Source: Methanoregula sp. (GTDB taxonomy: Archaea > Halobacteriota > Methanomicrobia > Methanomicrobiales > Methanospirillaceae). Taken from it: a stretch of DNA of 41,914 nucleotides. Positions 10,696-20,468 of the stretch are shown here, one piece after another. The notes under the pieces were generated by a model. It was not told the DNA's origin. It made no database searches and worked only from the letters and a program-made list of their open reading frames with translations. The stretch lies in the NCBI GenBank assembly GCA_041305785.1, contig JBFYKS010000222.1, positions 1 to 41,914 of the forward strand, in the 5' to 3' direction. Made by a program: the position numbers and the translations under genes. How positions within the stretch are numbered: the first letter of the stretch is position 1; every line of letters starts with the position of its first letter.

Positions 10696-11351
10696 GCATT
10701 TCCCCCTTCCCAGCCATACTCCCCGATCAGGGGGACAAAACGGACGCCCCCGTGATGTGTTTCCACAAACCGGCCACCTGAATTTTTAATTCTGACCAGT
10801 TCCTGGATGTCCCGGTCTCCAACCGGTGCAACGAGTTGTCCCCCATTGTCAAGCTGATCGAGAAGCGGCTTAGGGATTTGCGGGGTAGCCGCAGTTATGA
10901 TTATGCCCTTATACGGGGCATCCGGGGGATGCCCGAGCGTGCCATCCGCTACAATCACCTTTGCATTGGTGATGCCCAGTGTTTCAAGGTTCGATCGGGC
11001 AAGAGCAGCCACAGCAGGTATCCTTTCGATGCTGATCACCTCTGCTGCCATCATTGCAAGGATTGCAGCCTGGTAGCCACTACCTGCCCCGATCTCCAGA
11101 ATCCTGTCCTCCGGTTTTGGATCCAGAAGTTCAGTCATGAGTGCAACGATGTATGGCTGGGAAATGGTCTGGCCATTCCCGATAGGCAGGGGGCAGTCAT
11201 CATATGCTGAACGATCATGGGGCGGGGGGATGAAAATGTGGCGGGGGATCTGCTGCATTGATGCGAGAATACGGGGATTTTTTATCCCGCGGGCAGCGAT
11301 CTGGTGTTCCACCATCCTGAGGCGCTCACCTGCCCGGGGATATTCAGTCAT
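10692..11351 (-). CDS. pcm: Protein-L-isoaspartate O-methyltransferase
   Basis: AYDDCPLPIGNGQTISQP, ILEIGAGSGYQAA, VRFVPL. Confidence 0.96.
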   Translation of the reverse strand: MTEYPRAGERLRMVEHQIAARGIKNPRILASMQQIPRHIFIPPPHDRSAYDDCPLPIGNGQTISQPYIVALMTELLDPKPEDRILEIGAGSGYQAAILAMMAAEVISIERIPAVAALARSNLETLGITNAKVIVADGTLGHPPDAPYKGIIITAATPQIPKPLLDQLDNGGQLVAPVGDRDIQELVRIKNSGGRFVETHHGGVRFVPLIGEYGWEGGNA

Positions 11352-11360
11352 AAACTCTCG

Positions 11361-12476
11361 TTAAAATCCTGATTTTTCTGCAACATCAATCGATGCATCG
11401 ATCTGCTTCTGGAGGGCCTCCGGAAGGCCGGATATCTTTACGTCAAGGAAGCCACGGATGATGGTTGCGGTAGCCTCATCCTCGTTGAGTCCGCGGGACA
11501 TCAGGTATTCTATCTCGTCCTTTGCCAGTTTTCCAACAGCTGCTTCATGGGAGAGTTCTGTTCCAACAACTGACCCTTCGATCTCCGGAATGGCATAGAT
11601 CACCCCATCCTTGAGGATGAGACCTTTGCATTCAAGGTGACCGCGTGTCCCCGCAACCTTCCCGTTGATATGGCCACGGGAAATTATGGTACCCCCCTTG
11701 GTGATGGCACGGGTAACCAGTTCTGCGCTTGCACCGGGGGCTTCAAGGATCGCACGGGATCCGATATCCATGTGTGAACCAGGAGTCGATACCACGATGC
11801 TGCTGAACCGGGCAACTGAATTCGCACCAGTGAGGGTCGCTGTCGGATACATTTGTATCTTTTTCACCGGTTGCATGCAGACATAGTTGGAGAGGAAGAC
11901 CCCGTTCTCTTCGATAATTGAGGCACTTCTCGGTTGCACTTCGATGTCTTCGCCCCAGTAGTGGATCATCGTGAAACTGATCTTTGCGTTCTTTTTGATG
12001 TAGAACTCCGATATGCCGTAATGTGCACCGCCTTTTCCCACATGAGAGCCGCTTGCGCATCCTGAGATGATGTGCAGCTCGGCCCCCTCTTCAGCAATGA
12101 TGATGTTATGGGCATGCTGGATCCTGTCCCTGCCAAGAAAAAGACAAGTCTGGATGGGAAGGACATTTTTTGATCCCTTATGGGCTATGATAACATACCC
12201 GTTGGGATCTTTTTGTTCTGCAACGTATTTTGTGATGTCATCCTTTTCCGGTGAAACCGCCTTCCACGTGTACTCCTTCAACCAGTCGTACTTCTCCATT
12301 GCCTTACGGTAGGGAAGCACCTCGATGTCTGACTCCTCGCATTCTGCATGAACCATATTCTGGTCCATCTGGAGGTAACTCCCACAGCGGTTCTTCAGTT
12401 CAAGTTCAATACCGGCTTGGGCAAGGCGCTCCTGGTCGGTTTTTGAGAGTTCGGGAGATTTTACGGGTTCCGGCAT
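11361..12476 (-). CDS. sufB: SufB/SufD-family Fe-S scaffold (SmsB-type)
   Basis: GHLECKGL, AIPEI, ELSHEAAVGK, YLMSRGL..DEA...IIRGFL. Confidence 0.9.
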   Translation of the reverse strand: MPEPVKSPELSKTDQERLAQAGIELELKNRCGSYLQMDQNMVHAECEESDIEVLPYRKAMEKYDWLKEYTWKAVSPEKDDITKYVAEQKDPNGYVIIAHKGSKNVLPIQTCLFLGRDRIQHAHNIIIAEEGAELHIISGCASGSHVGKGGAHYGISEFYIKKNAKISFTMIHYWGEDIEVQPRSASIIEENGVFLSNYVCMQPVKKIQMYPTATLTGANSVARFSSIVVSTPGSHMDIGSRAILEAPGASAELVTRAITKGGTIISRGHINGKVAGTRGHLECKGLILKDGVIYAIPEIEGSVVGTELSHEAAVGKLAKDEIEYLMSRGLNEDEATATIIRGFLDVKISGLPEALQKQIDASIDVAEKSGF

Positions 12477-13192
12477 TCAAGACACTCCTTGTATCCGCGC
12501 TGTTTTATCTCTTTTAAGATCTCTCGGGGGTTCCCGTGGCACCGGATCTGCCCGTCGCACATCACATGTCCTTTATCTGCATCAATGTAATCGAGGATAT
12601 ATCCCGTGTGGGTGATGACAAGCCCGCTCTTCTTCCGGTTGATGATATGCTTGTCCTTCTCAAGGAGACCGCCGATCGTTGTTCCGATCAGCGAGATATT
12701 CTCAAGGTCAACTCCGCTTTCTGGTTCATCAAGCATAACAAAGTCCGGGTTCTGGAGCATCAGTTGGAGTACCTCGCTGCGCTTGATCTCTCCCCCGGAG
12801 AAACCCTTGTTGATATCCCGCTCGAGGAACTTGTCCAGGTGGACCGTCTTTGCCATCTTTATTATGTCCTCATCCTTTGTTCGTGAGATGGCAGTCAGCA
12901 TCTTTCCCAGTTTAAGGCCGGAGATTGTAGGTGGGCGCTGGAACATCATGCCGATGCCCCGCTGTGCCCGTTCATGGGCATGCATCCCGGTCACATCCTC
13001 CCCTTTGAACAGGATCTGTCCCCCTGTTATTACATAATTGGAAAAACCCATGATTGTCATCAGGAGCGTTGTCTTTCCTGATCCGTTTGGGCCAAGGAGC
13101 ACGTGAGTCTCGCCTTCCCCGATAGAGAGGTTGATATCGTGCAACACCTCCTTGTCACCGACATTTACTGACAAGTTCTTGATTTGCAGCAT
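12461..13192 (-). CDS. sufC: SufC-family ABC ATPase (SmsC-type)
   Basis: GPNGSGKT, GFSGGEIKRSE, MLDEPESGVD, ITH, C-terminal CLEC. Start MLQIKNL at 13192. Confidence 0.92.
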   Translation of the reverse strand: MLQIKNLSVNVGDKEVLHDINLSIGEGETHVLLGPNGSGKTTLLMTIMGFSNYVITGGQILFKGEDVTGMHAHERAQRGIGMMFQRPPTISGLKLGKMLTAISRTKDEDIIKMAKTVHLDKFLERDINKGFSGGEIKRSEVLQLMLQNPDFVMLDEPESGVDLENISLIGTTIGGLLEKDKHIINRKKSGLVITHTGYILDYIDADKGHVMCDGQIRCHGNPREILKEIKQRGYKECLECRNP

Positions 13193-13310
13193 AGAGTAAT
13201 CACAAACACTATGTCTATTGCTCCAATTAACGCTTTTGACGTGAACGTGCCCAAAAAAACGACAGCCTTTAACGGGTCTGTGGGAATAGTACTGTTCAGG
13301 ACGATAGTTC

Positions 13311-14228
13311 ATGCGGCCAGAAAAAGTCCAAAACAAGGATGACAAAGCAAAAATTCGGAAGGGAACCCGTACCGCCAACATCAGTCATATTACTCCGGAA
13401 ACCCCCGATATAGATCCCTTCATCAACCGGCTCATCTGCGGCGATTCGCAGCAGGTCCTCTCCCGCATGCCGGACCAGAGTATTGATCTTATCATTACGT
13501 CCCCCCCGTATAATTTCGGCCATTCTTATGCACAGGACCCGCACGATGACACTCATGAATGGAACGAGTATTTTGCTACCCTCTTATCTGTCTGGAAGGA
13601 ATGCGACAGGGTATTAAAGCCCGGTGGCAGGATAGCAGTGAACCTCCAGCCGCTCTTCTCGGATTATGTTCCCACTCATCACATCATATCCCGTCAGCTC
13701 GCCTCCATCGGGCTCCTCTGGAAAGCAGAGTTCCTGTGGGAGAAGAACAACTACAATGCAAAATATACCGCATGGGGGAGCTGGAAATCCCCCTCTATGC
13801 CGTATATAAAATATACCTGGGAATTCATCGAGGTGTTCGACAAGATCACGCACAAGAAGACCGGAAAACGAGAAAATATCGATATCACCGCGGAAGAGTT
13901 CAAGGAATGGGTCAAGGGAAAATGGTCATTTCCCCCTGAAACGAGGATGAAGGATTACGATCACCCCGCGATGTTTCCTGAGGAGCTGCCACGGCGGGTA
14001 ATGAAACTCTTCTCATACAAAGGCGATATCATTTTGGATCCATTCAACGGAGCCGGGACAACGACACTTGCGGCGTTTAAACACGGGCGCCGGTTCATCG
14101 GGATCGACAATTCCCGTAAGTACTGTGAAACAGCGCTTGAACGGCTTAAAAAATGCAACCTCAACGGGAAACTATGTGATCAATATTCGGAACCCTCTTT
14201 GTTATCCTTTGCCCCCTGTGAAAAATAA
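13311..14228 (+). CDS. Site-specific DNA methyltransferase, N4-cytosine/N6-adenine, beta class
   Basis: Catalytic ITSPPY precedes HPAMFP and the SAM-binding LDPFNGAGTT (beta-class order). Confidence 0.92.
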   Translation: MRPEKVQNKDDKAKIRKGTRTANISHITPETPDIDPFINRLICGDSQQVLSRMPDQSIDLIITSPPYNFGHSYAQDPHDDTHEWNEYFATLLSVWKECDRVLKPGGRIAVNLQPLFSDYVPTHHIISRQLASIGLLWKAEFLWEKNNYNAKYTAWGSWKSPSMPYIKYTWEFIEVFDKITHKKTGKRENIDITAEEFKEWVKGKWSFPPETRMKDYDHPAMFPEELPRRVMKLFSYKGDIILDPFNGAGTTTLAAFKHGRRFIGIDNSRKYCETALERLKKCNLNGKLCDQYSEPSLLSFAPCEK

Positions 14229-14240
14229 AACCCTAAACAA

Positions 14241-15374
14241 TCACACCGGCATGTTCTTTTTGATATAATTGAGCACACCATTGCGGTCATATTCATGGTC
14301 GATGATGTAGTTATGAACCATGACATATTTTTCATACCGGGTAAAAAGCTGCTGGTAGGTGCGAAGGGAATCATTATAGGCAGAAACACAAGTATTGTGG
14401 GTGGAAACGAGAGCATTGTATTGCCGCACATTGCCTGCACTCCTGAAGCTCTGCAGGTGGCTCTCCATTTCAAGAATCTCCTGCTGTTTTCTTTTAAGAT
14501 CATCCTGCATCGCCTCTAACCGGGGTTCAAGTTCCTTTGCGTTCTGCCCGGACTGCACCATCGTTTGATGGATATACCCTGTATCAGCGCAACAGGTGTA
14601 GGTTGTAACACCATCCCCTATGGGGATTATGATCGGTTCTGAGTAAATCGAAACGCCGGTACCAAGTTTTTCTGGTACGATACCTACATACGAGACATTT
14701 GTAGTCTCAAGGAAGGTGTAACTGGTATTTCTGAACTGGCAGTCGTCAGAACCGATACCCAGCGCCATATGGTTTTCCGGGCCAAAGGATAGGAGGGCAA
14801 CCGAATATCCTTCCCGGGAAAGGAGCCCGGCAAGAAGAAGGCTTTTGTCATCACAGTCCCCCGCCAGGTCAACCACCGTCTCAACCGGAAATTTTGCCGG
14901 GTTTTCTTCAAGGGTTTCGTACTGCAGGGACTGGACATAGACTGCGATCAGTTCAAGGTATTCATCGCTGTCAAGATCCTCCTCGATCCTGATCATCTGA
15001 AAGCTCGTAAGAAGATCCTGGTAAAGGGACTCCTGGGCAGGATCATCCACCATTGCCCGGTAACTGTCGGCAATCCAGACATTCTCGGAGATGTTTCCAA
15101 CAATTGTGACGGATTTGTCAGCACGTTTTGCCCCTTCATAAACCGAAGCGTTGACAGAAACGGAGATCGTGACTATTCCCTCCTGAAAAAGGTATGAACT
15201 GGTTACAAGTATCGGTGGCTGACCCGTGACTACCGGATCGATCCGGGGTGTGACTATCCGGTCCTCCGGAAAAAGGATCCCTGCAAGAAGGACTGCAAAA
15301 AGAATAAGGACTGCGATTGCAAGGAGTGTCAGGATCGATGAGAGTACCTTGCCAGTCACGATACATTCTCCCAC
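14241..15374 (-). CDS. Membrane-anchored transglutaminase-like (Cys-His-Glu) protein with C-terminal coiled coil
   Basis: N-terminal hydrophobic helix; FPVETVVDLAGDCDDKSLL, NHMALG, FLETT; heptad-like C-terminus. Exact start uncertain. Confidence 0.7.
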   Translation of the reverse strand: MGECIVTGKVLSSILTLLAIAVLILFAVLLAGILFPEDRIVTPRIDPVVTGQPPILVTSSYLFQEGIVTISVSVNASVYEGAKRADKSVTIVGNISENVWIADSYRAMVDDPAQESLYQDLLTSFQMIRIEEDLDSDEYLELIAVYVQSLQYETLEENPAKFPVETVVDLAGDCDDKSLLLAGLLSREGYSVALLSFGPENHMALGIGSDDCQFRNTSYTFLETTNVSYVGIVPEKLGTGVSIYSEPIIIPIGDGVTTYTCCADTGYIHQTMVQSGQNAKELEPRLEAMQDDLKRKQQEILEMESHLQSFRSAGNVRQYNALVSTHNTCVSAYNDSLRTYQQLFTRYEKYVMVHNYIIDHEYDRNGVLNYIKKNMPV

Positions 15375-16159
15375 TGCGTATGGTGTGCTGCATCAATGAC
15401 TTCTCCAATCTCCGCAATCGAGTTGATGATAAGGTTCGGACGGATTGCAGATCCTTTAAGTGTCTCCTCGCGGAACTTTCCGGTTCTCACCAGGACACCC
15501 CGCATCCCGGCATCCTGTGCCCCGCCGACATCTGTCAGGATGTCGTCGCCTATCATCACGGCCTGATCCGGTTGAATGCCCATATCAGTGAGTGCAAGAT
15601 CAAAAAACGCCCGCGAAGGTTTCCCCATAAGGACGGCTTTTTTTCCGGTAGCGGATTCAAGTGCGGTCACAAAAGGTCCTGCGGAGAGAAAGAGCCCGTC
15701 CGGAGCCATCCAGTATCTGTCCCTCTCAAGCGCGATGAGATCGGCTCCTTCGAGCAGGTCCCGGAACGCGGTATTGAGGTTTGCATACGTGAACAGATCT
15801 CCGGCATCACCCACGATAATGAGGTCGGTTTCTTTTGTAGGGGGTATCGGGTTTTTGGGAAAGTCCCGTTCAACATCTCCGGTTACCAGAAGACGGAAGT
15901 TATGCCTTCCGGTATTTTTCAGATACATGGCTGCGGCAATTGCCGGTGTGAAAATTAAAGATTCCGGAATTGGGAGCCCCATTTGGGAGAGGTTCTTCGC
16001 AATGGTTTGCCGGCATTTCCTGGTGGTATTGGAAACAAACCGGTACGAATACCCGTGCTCTTCCAGAAACCGGATCGCCCTGTCAGCACCCGGGATCGCC
16101 CTGTTCCCGGTGTACATGACCCCGTCAAGGTCAATCAGGAATCCCCGGATATTGTTCAA
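15356..16159 (-). CDS. HAD-superfamily IIA hydrolase (LHPP/NagD-like)
   Basis: DLDGV, SNTT, GKPS, MIGDDILTDVGGA, LVRTGKF; TTG start. Confidence 0.93.
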   Translation of the reverse strand: MNNIRGFLIDLDGVMYTGNRAIPGADRAIRFLEEHGYSYRFVSNTTRKCRQTIAKNLSQMGLPIPESLIFTPAIAAAMYLKNTGRHNFRLLVTGDVERDFPKNPIPPTKETDLIIVGDAGDLFTYANLNTAFRDLLEGADLIALERDRYWMAPDGLFLSAGPFVTALESATGKKAVLMGKPSRAFFDLALTDMGIQPDQAVMIGDDILTDVGGAQDAGMRGVLVRTGKFREETLKGSAIRPNLIINSIAEIGEVIDAAHHTQWENVS

Positions 16160-16422
16160 CGATCCTCACCTTGAAAACCCCGGCCGATTCGTGGGAAAAT
16201 TTGCCGATGCCTCAACATACTATTGTGTTCTGATACCTGTAACATTTCTTTTTTGTGTGTTCAATTGTGGGTTTTTAGGTCCGGAACAAGAACGAGCTCT
16301 TATAGTGAGGTTCCTGAATCACCATTCCATCCATTGAATACGAATGCCCCTGACACCGCTCTCACTTTCACCCCGCATGGCCGGGCATTTAATTATCCAG
16401 ATTCTGGATTCTCTTGCAGGTA

Positions 16423-17508
16423 ATGACTGCAATTAACTCTCCCCAACGGACCGGCATACTCTGGCAGCAGCGTGTTCAGAGCCTGCGGGAGTACGAAGTT
16501 ATCCGTGACGGGAATGTCTTTGGCACGGGTTTTTCCTCGTCGTTTATTTACTCATCAGAATACGATGAAGCCTGCCGGTACCTGGCATCCCTTCTCGCAC
16601 GCTACCAGGGCATGTCATTCAATTCCGTTTTTAATGGAGAGGAGGTAAAAAATGACGGGGGCACCTGTGTTGTGCAGAAGAGCCGTCATGCACTGACTCA
16701 TCGTTCTGTCGATCCCGGGCGTTTCAGAGATGAGATCACGCGGGATCTTTCCCTTGTGCACGGGATTGGCCCGGCAACCCAGCAGAAGCTGAAAACACGG
16801 GGGTATGCGACCATCAGCGACCTTTGTCAGCACCCGCGATACCGGGCAGGTGCAGAGGAGGTGCTGTCCTGCCTCACTGATGGAAACACAAGCGAGATCA
16901 TGAATCTTATCGGTGGCAGGCATTCGCAATCGCATCACAGTATTCTTGGCACGACCGGCCTGCACGAACCGGAGGATTTTGTATTTTTTGATATTGAGAC
17001 TCTTGGATTGTTCAGCCGCCCCATTATCCTGTTTGGCATAGCATCGCTCGAAAACGGCCAGCTCTCCATTGACCAGTACCTGCTGAGGGATGTTGAAGAG
17101 GAACAGGCAGCGCTGCTTGCAACCGTGGATCATCTCTCCGGGGATCATCCGGCTCTTGTCACCTACAATGGAAAGTCGTTCGATCTTCCCTATCTCGCGG
17201 ATCGACTGGCCTATTATGGGCGGGGATCCCCCGTGGATGTTCCCCATTACGACATGCTTCATTTCAGCAGGAGGCGGTGGAAAGGAAAATTTCCGTCATT
17301 TCGCCTGACTGCACTCGAAAAAGAGATCCTTGGTATCAGCAGGAGTAATGACGTTCCCGGGCAGATGGTGCCGGATTTTTACGAAACCTACCGGCGAAGC
17401 GGGAACTGCGGACCCCTTGTTCCTATCCTTGAACACAACCGGCAGGATGTGGTATCGCTCGCCTTACTCTTTTTCCATCTCGTAGGAGAGTCCTATGGCT
17501 GTGCCTGA
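16423..17508 (+). CDS. RNase H-like (DEDD) exonuclease, YprB/MrfB-like, with helix-hairpin-helix module
   Basis: LVHGIGPATQQKLKTRG (HhH), FFDIETLGL, TYNGKSFDLP, HNRQDV; overlaps the helicase start. Confidence 0.85.
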   Translation: MTAINSPQRTGILWQQRVQSLREYEVIRDGNVFGTGFSSSFIYSSEYDEACRYLASLLARYQGMSFNSVFNGEEVKNDGGTCVVQKSRHALTHRSVDPGRFRDEITRDLSLVHGIGPATQQKLKTRGYATISDLCQHPRYRAGAEEVLSCLTDGNTSEIMNLIGGRHSQSHHSILGTTGLHEPEDFVFFDIETLGLFSRPIILFGIASLENGQLSIDQYLLRDVEEEQAALLATVDHLSGDHPALVTYNGKSFDLPYLADRLAYYGRGSPVDVPHYDMLHFSRRRWKGKFPSFRLTALEKEILGISRSNDVPGQMVPDFYETYRRSGNCGPLVPILEHNRQDVVSLALLFFHLVGESYGCA

Positions 17509-19804
17509 TCTGCTTCGCCTTCTCGATACGGTTCCGGATTACCGCTGCAGGGTTACGCATATTGAAACGATGGCCCCGGTGCCTGCTCACTACGGGAAAC
17601 TCGAAAAACCCGTATCCCCTGCCATTGATGGGTACCTGGTGCATCAGGGTATCCGCCTTTATTCTCACCAGTGCGAAGCGATCAATGCTGCCCGGGCTGG
17701 AAAGAATGTTATTCTCACCACCCCCACAGCAAGCGGCAAGACCCTTGCATTCAACATCCCGGTTTTTGCTGTGCTGGAAACGGATAGCGAAGCCCGGGCT
17801 TTGTATCTCTATCCCACAAAGGCTCTGGCAAACGACCAGTTACTTCCCCTTGGGCAGATGAGCCGGCTTACCGAAATCCCAACTAATGCTGCAATCTATG
17901 ATGGTGATACCCTACAGTCAAAACGGCCAACAATCCGGGAAAAATCCCGTGTGGTACTTTCCAATCCTCATGAAATACATCACATTCTTTGCTGGCATAC
18001 CAAGTGGCGGTCCTTTTTGTCCAACCTCTGGTATATTGTGATCGATGAAGCTCATCGCTACCGCGGGGTCTTTGGTTCGCATATCGCCTTTGTGATCCGG
18101 CGTCTCCTCCGGTTGTGCAGGCATTACGGTTCAGAACCCCGGTTCATCCTCTCCACAGCAACACTGGCAAATCCGCAGGAGTTTGCCCGTAGCCTGACCG
18201 GTCTGGATTTCATCAGTATCGATGAAGACGGATCTCCTCATGGAAAGAAACATTTTGTCTTGTACAACCCGTTCTTCAATGGCATCAGCGAGAAATCCGC
18301 TCACCAGGAAACGAAAGATCTTTTGGTCTCCTGCGTCAAAGAAGATCTCCAGACCCTCTGCTTCACCGGGTCGCGGAGGATGGCCGAACTGGTAACGCTC
18401 TGGGCCCGGGAAGATGCCCGGCTCTCATCTGCCCTGCTTGCAGATTCGATCTCTGTTTACCGGGCAGGATTTTTGCCTGAGGAGCGCCGGGCTATCGAGC
18501 GGCAGCTCAAGGATGGATCAATGAAAGGGGTGGTCTCGACCAATGCACTTGAACTCGGGATAGACATAGGGAGCCTTGATGCCGTTCTCATCTCCGGGTA
18601 CCCGGGAACCATGATGTCAACCCGGCAGCAGGCCGGCCGGGCGGGACGAAACGGAGGGGATGCGCTTGCTATCCTGATTGCGCAGGGAAATCCCCTTGAC
18701 CAGTACTTCATGCACCACCCGGACCGGTTCTTCAGCAGATCGCATGAACATGCCATCATCGATCCGAAAAATCCGTATATTCTTTCCGGGCACCTCCTCT
18801 GTGCAGCTGCGGAGCTGCCGCTGAATGAAGATACTGACCGGCAGTATTTCGGGAACCTGATGGAAGTGCACCTTCACGATCTCCAGTCCAATGATCTGCT
18901 CAGGAAAACCTCGCGCGGGTGGGTATATTCGGGACGGGGCCGGGCGGCTGAGGCCGTCAGTCTTGACGGGATGCCGGGAGAAACATTTCGGATCCTGTGC
19001 CACGGGAAGCTCATGGAGACCATGGACCGGGGCCAGGCGTACCGGGAAGCCCACAAGGGTGCCATCATGCTCCACCAGGGGGAGACCTACTTGGTCAACG
19101 AAATGGATCTGGAAACCCACACCATCCGCGTCACCGAAACCAGCGTGGATTACTATACGCAGCCGTTAAAGGAAGTAGATCTGGCAATTCTCGAAACGCT
19201 TGAAATAAAAGAGTTTAATGGCATGAAATGTGCATTCGGGGATGTGGAGGTGACCGAACACTTCACGGGTTACAGGATCAAACGCAGGGACACAATAATC
19301 GGCATTGAACCCCTTTTGCTCCCTCCTCTCACGTTCAGGACCCGGGCATTCTGGTTTGTTCCTCCCCCACAGGTTGAACAAAGCGTGAACGCGACTGATT
19401 GCGATCTTGCCGGGGGTCTCCACGGTGCGGAACACGCGATCATCGCGCTGATGCCTCTTCAGGTAATGTGCGATCGCTGGGATGTCGGCGGCTTGTCCTC
19501 CTCCTCTTTTGGCAATACCGGTGAACCGGTGATCTTCGTCTATGATGCATATGAAGGAGGGATTGGGCTTGCAGAGAAAGCGTATGAGATCCTGCCCAAT
19601 CTTCTCACCAGCGCATATGAACTGGTCCGGGACTGCCCGTGCGAGGATGGTTGCCCCTCCTGCATCCACTCGCCCAAATGCGGGAATGACAACCAGCCGC
19701 TTGACAAGCAAGCGACCATCCTCATCCTTAAAAAAATATGCTGTGAGATGGAAAAATCCGGGCCGGCACCGATCCTTCCTGTATCTGAACCCGCATCATC
19801 GTGA
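17495..19804 (+). CDS. DEAH-box helicase with DUF1998 Zn-binding C-terminus (YprA/MrfA/Hrq1 family)
   Basis: TPTASGKT, YPTKALANDQ, DEAH, SAT, STNALELGIDIG, QQAGRAGR, YDAYEGGIG, CPCEDGCPSC. Confidence 0.93.
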   Translation: MAVPDLLRLLDTVPDYRCRVTHIETMAPVPAHYGKLEKPVSPAIDGYLVHQGIRLYSHQCEAINAARAGKNVILTTPTASGKTLAFNIPVFAVLETDSEARALYLYPTKALANDQLLPLGQMSRLTEIPTNAAIYDGDTLQSKRPTIREKSRVVLSNPHEIHHILCWHTKWRSFLSNLWYIVIDEAHRYRGVFGSHIAFVIRRLLRLCRHYGSEPRFILSTATLANPQEFARSLTGLDFISIDEDGSPHGKKHFVLYNPFFNGISEKSAHQETKDLLVSCVKEDLQTLCFTGSRRMAELVTLWAREDARLSSALLADSISVYRAGFLPEERRAIERQLKDGSMKGVVSTNALELGIDIGSLDAVLISGYPGTMMSTRQQAGRAGRNGGDALAILIAQGNPLDQYFMHHPDRFFSRSHEHAIIDPKNPYILSGHLLCAAAELPLNEDTDRQYFGNLMEVHLHDLQSNDLLRKTSRGWVYSGRGRAAEAVSLDGMPGETFRILCHGKLMETMDRGQAYREAHKGAIMLHQGETYLVNEMDLETHTIRVTETSVDYYTQPLKEVDLAILETLEIKEFNGMKCAFGDVEVTEHFTGYRIKRRDTIIGIEPLLLPPLTFRTRAFWFVPPPQVEQSVNATDCDLAGGLHGAEHAIIALMPLQVMCDRWDVGGLSSSSFGNTGEPVIFVYDAYEGGIGLAEKAYEILPNLLTSAYELVRDCPCEDGCPSCIHSPKCGNDNQPLDKQATILILKKICCEMEKSGPAPILPVSEPASS

Positions 19805-19814
19805 CCCGGGCAGG

Positions 19815-20042
19815 TCAATCCACGAGGATCTGATGGGGTTCTGGTGGATCATCTTCAAAGAGGAAGATGTCATCGATCTTTGCATTGAGGGTACGTGCCA
19901 CATCATGGGCGAGTTTTAACGAGGGATTGTACTTCCCCTGCTCCAGAAAGACGATGGTTTCCCGCCGGACCCCCACGGCTTTTGCGAGATCCTCCTGCGT
20001 CAGGGCAAGCCGGGCCCGGTATTCCTTTATCCGTGTGATCAT
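19815..20042 (-). CDS. XRE-family helix-turn-helix transcriptional regulator
   Basis: [32 protein letters not shown]. Confidence 0.93.
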   Translation of the reverse strand: MITRIKEYRARLALTQEDLAKAVGVRRETIVFLEQGKYNPSLKLAHDVARTLNAKIDDIFLFEDDPPEPHQILVD

Positions 20043-20060
20043 CGAAAGACTCTGCGAGTT

Positions 20061-20468
20061 TCATTCATCACTAACGTCACCCTGCTGGTTGTAATACCAT
20101 GATAGTGCAAAAGCACTCAGTCCCATGGTAAAGAATAATATCTCAATTACTGACCGTGAACTCATAACGAGTAATCCTGAAAAATCAAGCATTCCAAGGA
20201 TACAGACAACCATGAAAGAAAAAAAGAATGCTTTCATGAAGGTATATGCCCGTATTTTCAGAAGCCGTTCATCCTTGTTATTGGGAATGTCAATAGTCCC
20301 TTTACTCTGCAATATTGCGATTGCAATAGATAGAGAACCAATTGCAACCAAAATAGCAGAGATAATAATAATTCTGCCGGGCATCCATTCGCGGAATAGG
20401 AAAAGAAGTATTCCAAACGCTATCGCAATTCCTCCGATTGACAGGTTGTTCCAAATTATTTTCTTCAT
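20061..20468 (-). CDS. Four-TM membrane protein, DUF2178-like
   Basis: Two TM helices, KDER..KI.A motif, two further TM helices, C-terminal QQGDV. Confidence 0.7.
   Translation of the reverse strand: MKKIIWNNLSIGGIAIAFGILLFLFREWMPGRIIIISAILVAIGSLSIAIAILQSKGTIDIPNNKDERLLKIRAYTFMKAFFFSFMVVCILGMLDFSGLLVMSSRSVIEILFFTMGLSAFALSWYYNQQGDVSDE

Noticed and set aside
19815-20468. The TGA of the DUF2178-like gene is in frame with the XRE ORF 18 nt downstream (possible readthrough fusion)
   Set aside because: This has a one-in-three chance of occurring. The protein ends like its paralogue (GDV motif), XRE has its own ATG, and no recoding signal is visible.
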